NCBI GenBank assembly: GCA_964106915.2
Contig: OZ066925.1
DNA: 64,000 nt
Source of the DNA: Podarcis gaigeae
Taxonomy: Eukaryota
Reading direction: 5' to 3' (one strand)
The notes below the pieces were generated by a model. The model ran no database searches and was not told where the DNA came from. It was given only the letters and a program-made list of their open reading frames with translations. The translations under genes were made by a program, and so were the position numbers. This document shows positions 25,697-39,943 of this stretch, piece after piece; positions within the stretch are counted from its first letter, which is position 1; each line of letters begins with the position of its first letter.

Positions 25697-25999
25697 CACC
25701 TTGGAGTTCAGTCCATTCTTGCAGCTGTTTGCGTTCCCCTTCATAGCTCTGGGAAAGAACCATGACTCCTCACTTGGGGAAAGTTCTGCCTATTCCCTGC
25801 TAGGACAGAACCCATATCCTTGGCATGCTGGGTTTTCTAAAACAATGTTTTCAAAAATCTTAATTCTTGAATATTATTTTGCTTACATGTGTGATATAAA
25901 TATAGCTTGACGTATAGCAGGTGGCTGAGCTCACTTGCTTTGGTTATCTGGTTTGCATGCACAATTAGTTCTTGTTTTGTGCTTGGGACATATGTTGTT
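25697..25999 (+). repeat. Left arm of 303-bp inverted duplication
   Basis: Reverse complement of 31282-31584 except one C/T difference at 25911; the ORF track shows identical peptides from both arms. Confidence 0.97.
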
Positions 26000-27149
26000 T
26001 CCAGATGACCAGTTTATGGAGCATTCATCCTGAGTTGTTTGCACAGAGTTTGCTGGGAAGATATATGAAGCCATTTAGTGAGTATTCATTTTGATCTGTT
26101 TGTATACGATGCCTCTTTAAGCAATTGTTATCCAACACTTTCCAGTGCCTTTCCCCATCAAGTTCCTGACTGTAAAATTTCAGATTTATATAGAAATCTG
26201 TTTGTAGTTTGGATTGTGTTACATTGATACATTTTGGTCTGCTATCATGTGCTGTTGTATATTATCTGATTGAATGATAGAAGAGGTTGTAAGCACACAC
26301 ACATATACCTTAAATGAAAAGAATGCTTTTGCTGGGCTCTGTCTCTTTATTGTCCAGGTACAAATATATGATGCTGAAGTTGGTTACTAGTTCTCAGTTT
26401 CTTATTTGCATAGACGTTTGAAACACAGCTCAGTCAGAAAAAAAGCTGAAGTTGTTATGTCCCTAAAATAAGCTTTGACTGAGCTATATTTCAAACTGTC
26501 ATGCAAATATAGAGTAGGGGACTTCAGCATCGTTAAAAATACTGCCTTTCAAGATTTGACAATACACTTTTGATATGTATTTTAATATTGTTCAACACTG
26601 TCTAAACACAGGAGGCATGTAGAAATGTTTTTAATAAATAATAACCAATGTAGGCTTAATACTTAAACAGCAAATTGGGAATTTTTTTTTTAAGTGGCTT
26701 TACTGTCAGGTTGCGAATTTTCGGTACCTTGAAGATTTAACAGCTGTATTGTAACATGTTTGTGTGGACCATATGGCACCTTTTCATATGCATGACTTGC
26801 TATCTTCAGCCAGTGGATGCACCCATTTGAACATCTCTGTATGCCTATATAGACATGCCTTTACACACATGTGTGTAATGATGCCTGTAATCCACCAGGC
26901 TGTGAATTTTTATTTTATTTTATTGGGGGGGGGGGTGAACTGGACTCCGGTGCTTTTACCCTTCCACCTTCTCATGTATGTTAGCTGGGTAAATCATTAT
27001 CTGACGAATCAAGCTTTGGTGTCCAAAAACCTGACGCCGCTAAAAATTCTGTTTTGCCTTGTTGTAGGCTCCACACAAGCCTCTGTGTGTTTTGCTGTAA
27101 CCCACCAACGGGGCTCACACGAGCATTGCGAATAACAGTCTCAGCAACA

Positions 27150-28120
27150 AAGGAGCGTGACTTTTATATAAGCGCGAGGCAAGGAGGAGAAAGGAGAGCG
27201 AATGAATCAACTGCGGCGGGCGAGGGCGCACCTCCGCCTCACGAGCCGCTTCAACCCCCCGGCTACCCTCCGCCCCACACAACGCTCCCCCGCCCTTTCC
27301 GAGCCTCCTAACGGACATCTGCTGCCATTATGGGAGAACCCACGAGCCCCTTGCTTAGAAGACCAATCCCAGTTTTAGGTCCCGCCCCTGCTGGCGTGCC
27401 ATTGGCTGGCGGAGCCGGCGCTCTGCAGTCCCGGCCTCGGGGTGCTGCTGAGGCGATTTCTGAGGTGCAGCCGCGACTTCGAAGGCTCAGACGAGCGAGG
27501 AGCCGAGCGGAGCGGAGGAGGCGCTACTACCGCTGCTGGGACCTCCGGTCCCTTCTCGCGCCGTGGCCTCATGCCCAGCCGCGCTGCCCCCGTTTGGGTG
27601 CCTAGTGGAGGGGTTGCCGGGCTTCTCCTCCTCCTCAGCCGCCGCCTCTTGGGGCGGTAGCTGGGGCAGGGGAAAGGAGCGGCGGTAGAGCAGCCGCTGC
27701 CCCCCCTCACCCCCGGCGTTTCCCGCCCTCCGAACAAAGGCGCCGCCAGAGGCCCCCGCCTCGCCCTCCGCTGCGAGATGGCGTCGTTCAACATCGGGGG
27801 ACTCAACGCCTCCTCTCGGAGGAGAAGCGTCCATTCCCGCAACGCCACTGTCGAGAGGCGGAATCTCATCACCGTCTGCAGGTGAATTGGCTCCACCACA
27901 TACACACACACACGCAGGCACACGGGTTTTTCTCCGTATGTATGGGGCTGCATGTGTCGTCGATAACCCCGCTCAGTTGGCGGTCCTGCTCTGCAATGCG
28001 TGCCCAGCAGACCCCCGCTGTGCTTCAAGGGGCTTGCACAGTAAATGCCTTCAGGTTTTGCTGCCTTAATCCGGAGTAAGCGCCACCACCCCGCGCTCTC
28101 TTTTTCCGTTCCGCTCTTGC
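27150..28120 (+). promoter_or_regulatory. RUNDC3B: CpG island promoter of RUNDC3B
   Basis: Sharp GC/CpG enrichment; CCAAT at 27363, ATTGG at 27401, GC boxes CCGCCC at about 27270, 27290 and 27382. Confidence 0.88.
27778..27881 (+). CDS. RUNDC3B: RUNDC3B exon 1 (coding part)
   Basis: MASFNIGGLNASSRRRSVHSRNATVERRNLITVCR; GAGATGG Kozak; AG|GTGAAT donor. Confidence 0.93.
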
Positions 28121-28506
28121 ATTTAACAGCAGGGAGGGAACCCCAGCTTCTTCTCCCCCACGCTGGCTCTGAATGGTGGTGGGGTGTGTGAAAGGATGCT
28201 CAGGGCGCAGCTAAACTCTGCTTAGGTAGACTTCGGGAACAGAATAGGGAATTCCCTCCACTTTTGCATTCGTCTTCTCTCCTCCCCCTCCTTACACCTT
28301 CCTGATGCTGCCCCATGAGCATCTGTGGAGAACTCTTTCCAATCTTCCTTTCCCATCTGTGAATTTGCTACAGCTAATTGCATGTGCGCTGTTAGATGTG
28401 TCAAGTAGGGGATCCTGGACTGGAATGCGATCTGTGTTAGGGCATTTGTATGGTGAGTGAAGGTGTATAGCCTGCCTGATTCTGGCCCCATCAGGCAGTT
28501 TTGATG

Positions 28507-28638
28507 ATTCATAGAATTACAGAGTTGGAAGGGGCTAGTCATCTAGTCCAACCCCCTGCAATGCAGGACTCTTACGCTCAACATGGGGCTTGAACCCACA
28601 ATCCTGAGATTAAGAGTCTCATGCTGTACTGACTGTGA
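28507..28638 (-). mobile_element. tRNA-Lys(CTT)-derived SINE with CR1 3' tail
   Basis: Minus strand 28636-28575 reads cagtcagtacagcatgagactcttaatctcaggattgtgggttcaagccccatgttgagcg (degenerate tRNA-Lys-CTT), joined to cctgcattgcagggggttggactagatga...ttccaactct (CR1 tail). Confidence 0.8.
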
Positions 28639-31281
28639 ACGCCAAGAGAGAAATATTACTATACTAAGCCCTTGAGTTTGTATTTGCCCCATACAGGATG
28701 CAATCTCTCTACCTCGCAGCTCGGTTATACTTGAACCAGATTTCAGCTTGACAACAGTCTGTGTTGAATGTCATGGTACTACTCCAAACCATATGGAGGG
28801 AAAGTGATGTTCTATTAATGTGACTACGGAAATATGACTAAGGAAAACACAGGGTATGTCTCTGCAGAAGAGAACTGGTGTAACAGTAATGATGACAAGC
28901 TCCTATTACTAGGGGGGGGGGGAACCTTCCCCTTACCACAGATACTGTGTCTGGCTTAGTTCCCATGTGTTTGTGTCCCTGGAGTTCTTCCCCATACAAA
29001 TGAATGGTTTAGCTTTGCCATTCATTCTATTGGGGGGAGATTAAAGGCTGCTTTTGTGGCACTGTTATAGTAAAGGCAAAAAATGTCTCACACAGAATGG
29101 CATAGATTTCACTGAACCATGGTGTGTCACTGCATCTCACCAGGGAGCAGTCTCACCACCCACCTCCATCTTTAATAATGATATGCATTTTGCTGGTCCA
29201 TTGATATCAGCCTCTTCCTAGGATATATGTGCTTTCTCTCTGTAATGCTCCGTTCATAACATTCTGTCCAACTCCAGCAGTCTCAGAGTTTGACTATGAA
29301 TATGAAGTGTTACGTCTATCAAAACATTTGTCTGAGTTCCATAGGACACAATAAATAGGTTGAAGTCTAAGATATAGCTGAGGTAAGGCAAACCTACCAT
29401 TCTCACCAGACATTGGAATCCCTGAGTGTAGGAGCTTAGTATCTAACATGTCAGTGAACATCTCACATTTGGTTCTATGGGTAAAAAACCCCCACTGCAC
29501 TTAAGAACAAGGTTGCAGCGGAAGAAAACCTGTCAAGCCACCAGTGGGGATACCATGGGAGCTGCAGTGGTCCAGACATGCATATATGTCAACACTTCCA
29601 TCCCTTCAGGCTGTATTTGTGGGAGAGGCTTTTCTCTCTCTGTTATCTATGCAGGTTCTGAGTTGGAAGAAGGGAAAACATTCCTTATTTCATTGTTGGT
29701 ATGGGTTTGTGTTTGGTTGAGGGGAATGAGAGGGTGGCTAGATGTGAAAAAGCCAGATTGGCTCTGTTGCCTTTTCCAGAACAATGGTCTCAGTGCTGGT
29801 CTGATAGTATGGAGTGGTCAAGGTAAATGCAGGCATGTAATGGAACTGAAGAAAACAGGAGAAATGATCAGTCCCCTCTTTGCTCATCATGTGATGCTCC
29901 CTTCCCAAATTAATGACAAACAGAATAGTATTCCTTTTTCAATAGTTTTCCTTTATTTATTAAATCAGTAATATATACTTCAATTACATACACAAATAAA
30001 GAAAAAGCAATGCATTTGAATAAAAATTAATCATGGATAATATAAATTTGGGTCATTTCATTCACAATCCTGGGGGGTAGGGGTGGGAATATTATTACTA
30101 AGAGGCAGTAATATGTTTTTTTAAAGATTTGTTTTATTGTCTTCTAGGTCTTATGATATTCACACTTAAAACTGAAAAATTAATAAATATTCCAAATACT
30201 AGTGTATTTTACAGGAAGCATTTGAACATTGCTATCATCATATGTTGTAAATATATATTACAATCAGGAAGACTTGGCTTAAATGTGGTTATAGCCATAT
30301 TTATGTTTATGGGCGTTTTTCTTTGCCTTTGTGGAATTTCACATGCTCAGCTTCTTGTATAAGCTGGTATGCTGACACTTACACATGCATATTTACATGT
30401 TCCAGAGTCATAGATGGTTGGTAAATTAATGTTGAATGTTCAGGCACTGGAAATTCATTTATGTGTAATGGCACATTCTTGTAACCCTGCACAGGCAAAC
30501 ATGTATTTCTCTTACAAAAAAGAAGAAGAAAAAGGCTGGCACAGTTAAAACTAAGGCTCTAAACATTAATGGTGCCATTACTGTATTCTTAGTTGATCTA
30601 TTCTGTCGAAATTGCCTTTCATTTAGCTCTATACATTAGAAGTAGATTTTTCTGTATTATAGCATGTTAATTGTTTATTTTCAGTCAGAAAACCCCAGGG
30701 TTTAATTATCTCAACTTAGAACTATATTTGGGGAGGTTTTTTTAATGTGAACTGGGACACATTGTCATATCAAAATGTGAGTAAAAAAGAATGCTGTGGG
30801 TGTTGAACTCACACTGTGGGTAACTTTCAGTGAATTTAACACCCACAAACTTGTCATGTCTCACATAATTCAACTGATAGCCCTCTCCAAGTCCTGTTCT
30901 CCCCCTTTCATCCTCCAGATTTGTGCCACTTTGTGTCCTGTATTTAGTTTGTGTGAGAATTCATTGTAGTTTTAAAGTATGAAGAGAGACTAATGCTCTC
31001 CTCCCCTCTGCTGTAACAGAGAGATAAGGTGCGTACTTGCTGCCAATGTTTGATTTAAAAAAGCCTCGGAGCATATACTCAATTCCGAAGCTCTGTTATT
31101 CAACACTCGTTCAGTTCTTCTAGCAAAGCTTTGGAAATATGTACTTGCCTGCTCATTTGTAGCAGTCAGAATGGTCTTCAGGCAACCAAGCATAACCTCA
31201 TCCTTACTTCTGCATATGATTGTGCTCTCTCCTGTCAGATGTATCTACAAATACACCTTTCCATTATGTTTTTTGAATTGG

Positions 31282-31584
31282 AACAACATATGTCCCAAGC
31301 ACAAAACAAGAACTAATTGTGCATGCAAACCAGATAACCAAAGCAAGTGAGCTCAGCCACCTGCTATACATCAAGCTATATTTATATCACACATGTAAGC
31401 AAAATAATATTCAAGAATTAAGATTTTTGAAAACATTGTTTTAGAAAACCCAGCATGCCAAGGATATGGGTTCTGTCCTAGCAGGGAATAGGCAGAACTT
31501 TCCCCAAGTGAGGAGTCATGGTTCTTTCCCAGAGCTATGAAGGGGAACGCAAACAGCTGCAAGAATGGACTGAACTCCAAGGTG
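31282..31584 (-). repeat. Right arm of 303-bp inverted duplication (RUNDC3B intron 1)
   Basis: Reverse complement of 25697-25999. Confidence 0.97.
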
Positions 31585-32316
31585 CTGTGGCTGCTACATC
31601 TGCAGTCCAGTTTTGATACAGACAGGCTGAGTGCCTACCTGACAGCACCAGTAGCTGTGATTCTCCAGTTGAGTAAATGCAGCAATGGACTATAGGTGTT
31701 TATCATGCAACTAGTGAGATGGGGATGGGTGGGAGGGAGGTACTATTATGTATCCACATGAGTGGTGTTTTACTTTACCCATTTTATTATTTCAAAGTGT
31801 TTAATATCTAACAATTTTTTATTTATTTTTACAAATTGTGTAGTGTGTACCACTCAATTACTACTATCTGGTGGAAGAGAAATTAGGGCAAGCTCATTGG
31901 TCCCTCCCACATCATTGCGTTCCATTACCAGATTCATCATCTTCCACATACTAGAAGTCTATCAGGAAGTCTTCTGTGCTCATGTAGGCTGCCCATCTGA
32001 AGGAGTTTAGAATGCTCTTCCGGGGAACTAACTCAACACTTTTGATAAATACTTTGGATAATAGTACTTTGGATAATAGTAATCGGAACTTCTTAACAGA
32101 ACAAATATACTGCTTTGAAGAGGCACAAATCAACTGCTTGAATGGCTGTGGAGTAAAAGATATTTGCATACTAAGGTGGAATATAGTGAAGAAAACTCAA
32201 ATATTGTTGAAATCTAAATGTATTTGTTTTGGAAATTACAAACATCAGTGGTGTGCTTTTGTCAAGAAATATGCTTCTCTAAAATACTATGCTGTCCAAC
32301 CTGCATTATATTTTAA

Positions 32317-32523
<207 letters not shown>

Positions 32524-32567
32524 TAAATGAGGTTTAGGCTGTTTTAATTGTTATGGCTTCATCATAA

Positions 32568-32807
<240 letters not shown>

Positions 32808-34418
32808 TAGCTAATGTCCCTATGCTATTTGCTGCTGTTAAACATTTTATATTGATAGATATATCCAAAAGCTTTCTGTGCTGGTTTATTTTGAGGTAAA
32901 TTAATGCTGTGAACAGGTCAGGAACCTTATATTTTATTAAAGCCTGTAAGACTTGTTATATAACTTCACTCGTTCATGAGTTTTTGATTCTACCTTCTGT
33001 GATGAGCCAAGTGGTGTGTCTTTGTGGTTGCATGTGTGTTTTGGAAAGCAATAGATGATGTTAATGCTCTAACCATGGGTCTGTAAACATGATCATTGCT
33101 ATCATCAAAATGCTGTTTTAAATACTGCATTTGATCAGATCTCATAACACAAAAACTTTAGTATGAATCTTTTTCTGGTGAGTGTAGGTGTGTATTCATA
33201 TTTTGAGTTTCATATAACTGCATCTCAAAGGATTCTTAACTTGAAAGTTTCCATATGGTTTCCTGACAAAAACAGAAATAGTACAATAAATTTTATTTTG
33301 TATTTCTTAACTTGTTAAAGCACAAATCTATTGTTCATAACTTTTTTGGGGGGGGGGTGTATGAAAAATCTGTTAAACTGGTAGGACATTGTAGCCCTGT
33401 GGATGAAAAGTTAGCCATTCTTGCACATCTATTACCTATTTCCTACTTGTCAGGAACTTTGTTAAGAAGCAGAAGAAAAACTTAGGTAAAAGCAGTGGTC
33501 ACAACTTTCTTAAGCTTGGGTGGGTTGCAGGTATGTATTTTCTGTGAAGACTGCTGTTAGATAATTATATCTTGCTTCTCAGATTAATGATTGCTTCTAG
33601 AAAAACAGTACTGAGTCTGAATGATATAGCCCATTCTACCACCTTATTCTATGGTATATGGAAACAGCCTGGTGTGTGTGTGTGGGGGGTGTATAGGACA
33701 ATAATTTGTGATATTTTGGTTTGCCTAAAAAAGATATTGCCCTAGTATTACCATATATGGTGCGCCGTGATGTACATTTATTTAAGGGTGGATGCATGAT
33801 GCAGGGGGGGTTCACATATGGACTGTGTGGTGGCATGCGTGAATATGCAGGAGATAAGTGGTGAGAGTTCAGCTGTCATCTGGTTTGGATGACTTGGAGG
33901 AAACCATTACTGCTCTGTGCTTTCATTGTGGGTTGGCACAAACAAGTACTTGAAAGAGATTGCTTTAAAAAAACACAAAAACCCACCAACCAGAATTGCT
34001 TACAATTCTGAGTACTTGCTTATTTTTTAATTATTTTAAAAAATGAAGTCCACTGGGGTTTTGCTGCAATAAGATTTGTTCACTTTAGACTTACCGTATT
34101 TTTCCCTCTATAACACGCAGATTTTTTCTCCTAAAAAGGAAGGGGAAATGTCTGTGCGTGTTATAGAGCGAATGTGTGGTCCCTGGAGCCGAAAAATCAA
34201 GCAAAAATCAAATTGCGGCGCTGCACGCTGCACGGAGAAGCGAAACCTGAAAAGAGGAAGCGGCTGCTTTCCTGCATTCTGCCTCAGGGTCTTACTGCCC
34301 ACCCTCCTCTGTTTCGTTGCTGTGTTTGCTGAAACGGAACAAAGAGCAGGGAAAGCCCCTCCCCTCCAGGCAGAGGGGAATTCCTCTCTGTGCTGCTGGG
34401 GGAGAGGGAGAGAGAGGG

Positions 34419-34568
34419 NNNNNNNNNNNNNNNNNNNNNNNNNNNNNNNNNNNNNNNNNNNNNNNNNNNNNNNNNNNNNNNNNNNNNNNNNNNNNNNNNN
34501 NNNNNNNNNNNNNNNNNNNNNNNNNNNNNNNNNNNNNNNNNNNNNNNNNNNNNNNNNNNNNNNNNNNN
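34419..34568. other. Assembly gap (150 N)
   Basis: Run of N. Confidence 0.99.
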
Positions 34569-34650
34569 GAGACTTTTGCCTTTATTTCCTCCCTCCCGTT
34601 AAATCCCTCTCCTGCATTCTTAGCCAGCTGCTTCCTTCGCTCCCCACTTA

Positions 34651-35198
34651 AAATGTGGTTACAAAGCATAGATCCACATGGATCCTCAGGATCTTTGCAT
34701 TGGGTCACCCCAAATTCACCATCAGATCACATAGCATGTCCATGGCTACAGCCTGCCCCCCCCAAAAAAATCACGCACCCACTGTTGCCTGGGGCTGCAA
34801 TGGTGCAAAAATGTGGTTACAAAGCATGGATCCACATGGATTCTCAGGATCTTTGCATTGGGTCACCCCAAATTCACCATCAGATCACATAGCATGTCCA
34901 TGGCTACAGCCTGCACCAAAAAAATCACGCACCCACTGTTGCCTGGGGCTGCAATGGTGCAAAAACGTGGTTACCAAGCATGGATCCACAGGGATTCTCA
35001 GGATCTTTGCATTGGGTCACCCCAAATTCACCATCAGATCGCATAGCATGTCCATAGCTACAGCCTGCACCAAAAAAATCACGCACCCACTGTTGCCTGG
35101 GGCTGCAATGGTGCAAAAACGTGATTACAAAGCATGGATCCACAGGGATTCTCAGGATCTTTGCATTGGGTCACCCCAAATTCACCATCAGATCACAT
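34651..35198. repeat. Tandem array, about 154-bp unit x3.5
   Basis: Units begin at 34651, 34809, 34963 and 35117. Confidence 0.95.
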
Positions 35199-35435
35199 GT
35201 CTGTGGCCACAGCATGAAGCCCAAAAATGATACATCCACTGTTTCATTCAGAATGTTTTTTCCCTTGTTTTCCTCCTTTAAAAACGATGTGCGTGTTATG
35301 GTCAGGTGCGTGTTATAGAGCGAAAAATACGGTACTTTGGGGAGAAATGGACTGCAAGTGAATGATCACCAAGTGTGAAGCTTATTGCTTTGCTTATTGT
35401 TGTGTGACACTACTGTTTTCCTTCTGTCAGCTTGA

Positions 35436-35600
<165 letters not shown>

Positions 35601-36038
35601 TAATCTCCTTTATTCAACAAAAAATTGAAGTATATTTCAAAGGTTCATGTGTAATTCTTTTATTATATATTATAATATTATAATAAATATAATATAATAA
35701 ATATTATAATAAAATACTTAGTCATTTTTCACTTTTCAACTTTTTCAACTTTTCACTTTTTCAACTTTTCACTTTTTGTTCTAAAAATGATTATAGAAGG
35801 AAGGTCCTAATCAGCCAGATGTTTATCTTCTCCCTCCCCAGCTGGCTCACTTTGACAGGTGGGTGGGACATCATCTGATTTTACAATCACATCAGGTCAC
35901 TGATATGTGGATGAACCCACCCTCCTGTCAGAGTTGACTTACATTGGTGGGAGTGAGGACAGTAACCAGAAAAGCAGCAGCTATCAGGATGAAACTCAGC
36001 AATTCAGTCATGTTCTCTGCAGGTTTCTGAGCAGGCTT

Positions 36039-36040
<2 letters not shown>

Positions 36041-36074
<34 letters not shown>
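36041..36074. repeat. (CA)n microsatellite
   Basis: Directly visible. Confidence 0.92.
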
Positions 36075-36075
<1 letters not shown>

Positions 36076-36571
36076 ATCAGTTGATGAGTGGGGGGTAAAA
36101 TCTTGCTGCCTTGTGGGGAACTGATGTGCACAAACAACATGGGATGGACCCCCACCCTCACCCATAATCTGACTTCAGCTGCCCATTGAAGAGATGTCAG
36201 TGGATTGACTGGTGGGCATGGTTTTGGAAAAATGGTGTTGCGGGCCAAATTGGATCCCCTGCTTTATATAGTGATGGAATACCAAAATCTAGCACATGCT
36301 AGATGTGCTCTTTTTTCAGAGTAACATTTTACTTTATACTGGCCAGTTGATGTGATTAAATAGGGTTTAACACTTGCTTGCCCATTTCACAATATCCTTG
36401 AAAATTATGGGAAGAGTTGAGGTTCCAGTTGCAGTACTGAGCAAAGTAGTTGTGTGAACTTTGTAAATATGAAATTGCTAGCTGACAATGCTGATTGTTT
36501 AGTTTGTCTTTAACTTTGTGTAGCTAGCATGTCACTAAAATGGCAGAGAGTATAACTGAACTGGAAATTAA

Positions 36572-36718
<147 letters not shown>

Positions 36719-36775
36719 TGAGGAGGGAAAGCTTATGAAATTTGGCATTGGAAATAACTCTAGAAGTTCATAAGC

Positions 36776-36996
36776 TTATTTTGTCCCATATATAATTGAA
36801 GGATTTGTCTTCAATTTTTTGGTGGTATATGTCCTAAAATGCCAGTCCTAAAATGCCTGTCTGAAACTTGTATCCTGTTTTAAATCTAGTTTATTTTGTC
36901 CCATATATAATTGAAGGATTTGTCTTCAATTTTTTGGTGGTATATGTCCTAAAATGCCAGTCTGAAACTTGTATCCTGTTTTAAATCTAGTTTATT
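36776..36996. repeat. Direct tandem duplication (115 + 101 bp)
   Basis: Units start at 36776 and 36891; the first has an extra 14-bp internal duplication. Confidence 0.93.
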
Positions 36997-37910
36997 CATT
37001 ATGTTTTTAGTTGTAGAGTTGAGCATATAAGTGCAGCTGCTTGCTCAGCATGTACGTATCTCACATTCAGGAAGTTAGCTTTGCTGAATGTCATCAGAAG
37101 ATGGGAGGAGTGTTTTGTTTTTCCAAGGTAAAACTGGAAATCGACACCAAGTGTTACATCAGATGTAACACTATGCTGTGATTTAGTATTATGTTAACCT
37201 TCGCAAGCTTCAGACTTACATGCTCCCTTCTCCTGGCATGCTTGCAAGGAGGAGATCAGAAGCATTTGCTTTCTAGTTTTAAACTGACCACAGATCCCAG
37301 TTGAGAGAACTGTGATTAAACAATGGTTCATGAACAAGCCAACATTATAAACCATATTTTTGATCCTGGCTTGTCTGAACTACCCACAGTTTCTGCAACT
37401 TCAGATAAAGTGGGGAGCTGTGGTTAATTTTAAAACTGAAAATCTCCTTGGGGCTGCATCAAAGGAAGAAAGGGGAGGGTGTGTGTGCAAGTTTGAGAGT
37501 CATGCAGATTTATTCATGGAGTGCCAAGTCATAATTTAGTGTTATGATCAATCAATCCCTATTCTGTGACTAAGGGTTTTCTGTTTGCCACTCAGTGCTT
37601 TATAGTAACCATAGCTATCTGATATATGGCAGAATTAAATAGTTCCTACTAATATCTCCTCAGTTTTACCTTTGAGAGTGGTAACATCAAGTACAATACA
37701 ATAATTGTATTGATTTTTTATATATTTATTGAAATAATTATAGACTGCACTTTCATTTAAAATATCACAAGAATTCTTTCTTGATTCAACACAAGCCTAA
37801 CTTTTCATTACTGAAAATAGTTTCCATATCTCCTGTATACTGGCAATTTTGTGAGAAAATCAAATTATATGCTAAGGTTATTTAGTATTACTATCATTTC
37901 ATTTTCTTGA

Positions 37911-38060
<150 letters not shown>

Positions 38061-38537
38061 TAAACTTTAACTTACACCAGGCTAGCTTGACATTTATTTA
38101 TCACTTCAAACACTTCAAAGTGGTTTTCCACTTGTCCTGTACTTTCTAGTTGTGGGTCCGAGTGGTTTTGCCTTTGCCCCACTGCTTGCCCCTGGAAAAC
38201 CTCCTCAATGCTAAATTGGAACTAGCAGTAGTCTGCAGAAAATCCAACTGATGTTTGTTCTGATTCAGCACTAAACTACAAGTTTTTCCAGGGGAAAGTG
38301 GTGGTGCAAACAGAAGTGTTGTGAACTGCCTTGAGATCTTCAGATGAAGAGCAGTATACTAGATAAATAAATGTGTGACTGAACCCTAATACTGAGTTCC
38401 CAGTGTTTTGCACAAGGAAGAACTTGCAACTTCATGATGCGTGTGTAACAGATTTGAACAATTGCATCCAACCCTAGTTAGGGGTCTCTTCAACAATGGC
38501 TTGCATTTCTAAAGCAGAGTCTAGATCTTTCAGCTGA

Positions 38538-38768
<231 letters not shown>

Positions 38769-39784
38769 TGAAAGAGCTGAAGATATTTGGTGTGTTACAA
38801 TTGTAAATAGAAAATGTTATAAACTTAATTTTAGAGAAATTTATTCTTTCATTGGAAAATAATTGCTTTATTTTGGTATGGCTTTCTAGATACAGAAACC
38901 TTCAGACATGGCTGCTTTAAACAAAAAAGGAGCTCACTAGAAGTATTTCACATTTACTTTCCTCTTGCTGTAAAAGCTCACAACTAGCCTAATGGTAGCA
39001 CATGAAGTCAATATAGATTATATGACCCCAAATGAGAGTGCTTGGGAAGGACTTGGAAAATAGTAGATTATCTTTCATTTTATAGAAGAGCAGACAGAAG
39101 ATCAAAGACTCGACATACTATCTAAAAAATAGAATTATTCCTTAAAACAATTACTCTCATCTCCTGAATTGCAAATCTAAAACACTAAAAGTAATGTGGA
39201 ATGAAAGTTGCAGAACATTTTCTTCTTCTTGGATGTTTTGTGTCACGTAAGAACATAAAACAGAAGAAAAGCCCTGCTGGATTAGGGCTGAGGTGCCTGT
39301 AGTCCAGCATCCTCACAGTGGCCAACCAGACAAAGCAGGCATATTAACAGAAAACACCATGGAAGCTTTCCCACCCTTCTGGGGTAACTGCAGCTTTCAT
39401 TGGTCCGGCTGAACTATTCTGAGTCCCAGCTCCTTTAGTAAAACTACACATTAAACATGCTCCTGGCAACACACTATAACAATTGGAAGGCTGTCACACC
39501 TCCTGCTATTAATGGCAGATGTATACATAACATATTAATTACATAACTGTATACAAAACTACTTATTTGTTAAACAGAATGATTTAAATAGTTTTTCCCC
39601 TTAACATTTTATTATTGATAGTTACGGTAATTACCAAAGAATAAGTTTTAACATTTTCTAACTACTTGTTTCAAGAAGTATCAAATGCAAGAGAGCTCAC
39701 CAAAATACTTTAAAAATAAATTTTAAAATATTAGTTGCTTGGTTTGCAAATTTTGCAGTACAATTAATACTTATGTGTTTCTAG

Positions 39785-39943
<159 letters not shown>

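Larger units (their letters stand above)
34094..35332. mobile_element. Long non-autonomous TcMar-Tc2-type element with internal tandem array
   Basis: Same TIR family as 12496-12754, TA TSD. Confidence 0.85.

Noticed and set aside
25575-25910. Identical peptides in ORFs 25575-25910(+) and 31371-31580(-) as duplicated genes
   Set aside because: A by-product of the inverted duplication; non-ATG starts in the track and no recognisable homology.
27375-28028. 217-aa and 144-aa antisense ORFs over the CpG island
   Set aside because: Expected from stop-poor GC-rich DNA; low-complexity Arg/Pro/Gly content and no recognisable domain.
28575-28636. Functional tRNA-Lys gene
   Set aside because: 5' acceptor stem missing, several CpG-type substitutions, fused to a CR1 tail.
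34651-35198. Repeat array as CRISPR or a repeat-protein gene
   Set aside because: Eukaryotic context, no unique spacers, located inside transposon TIRs.
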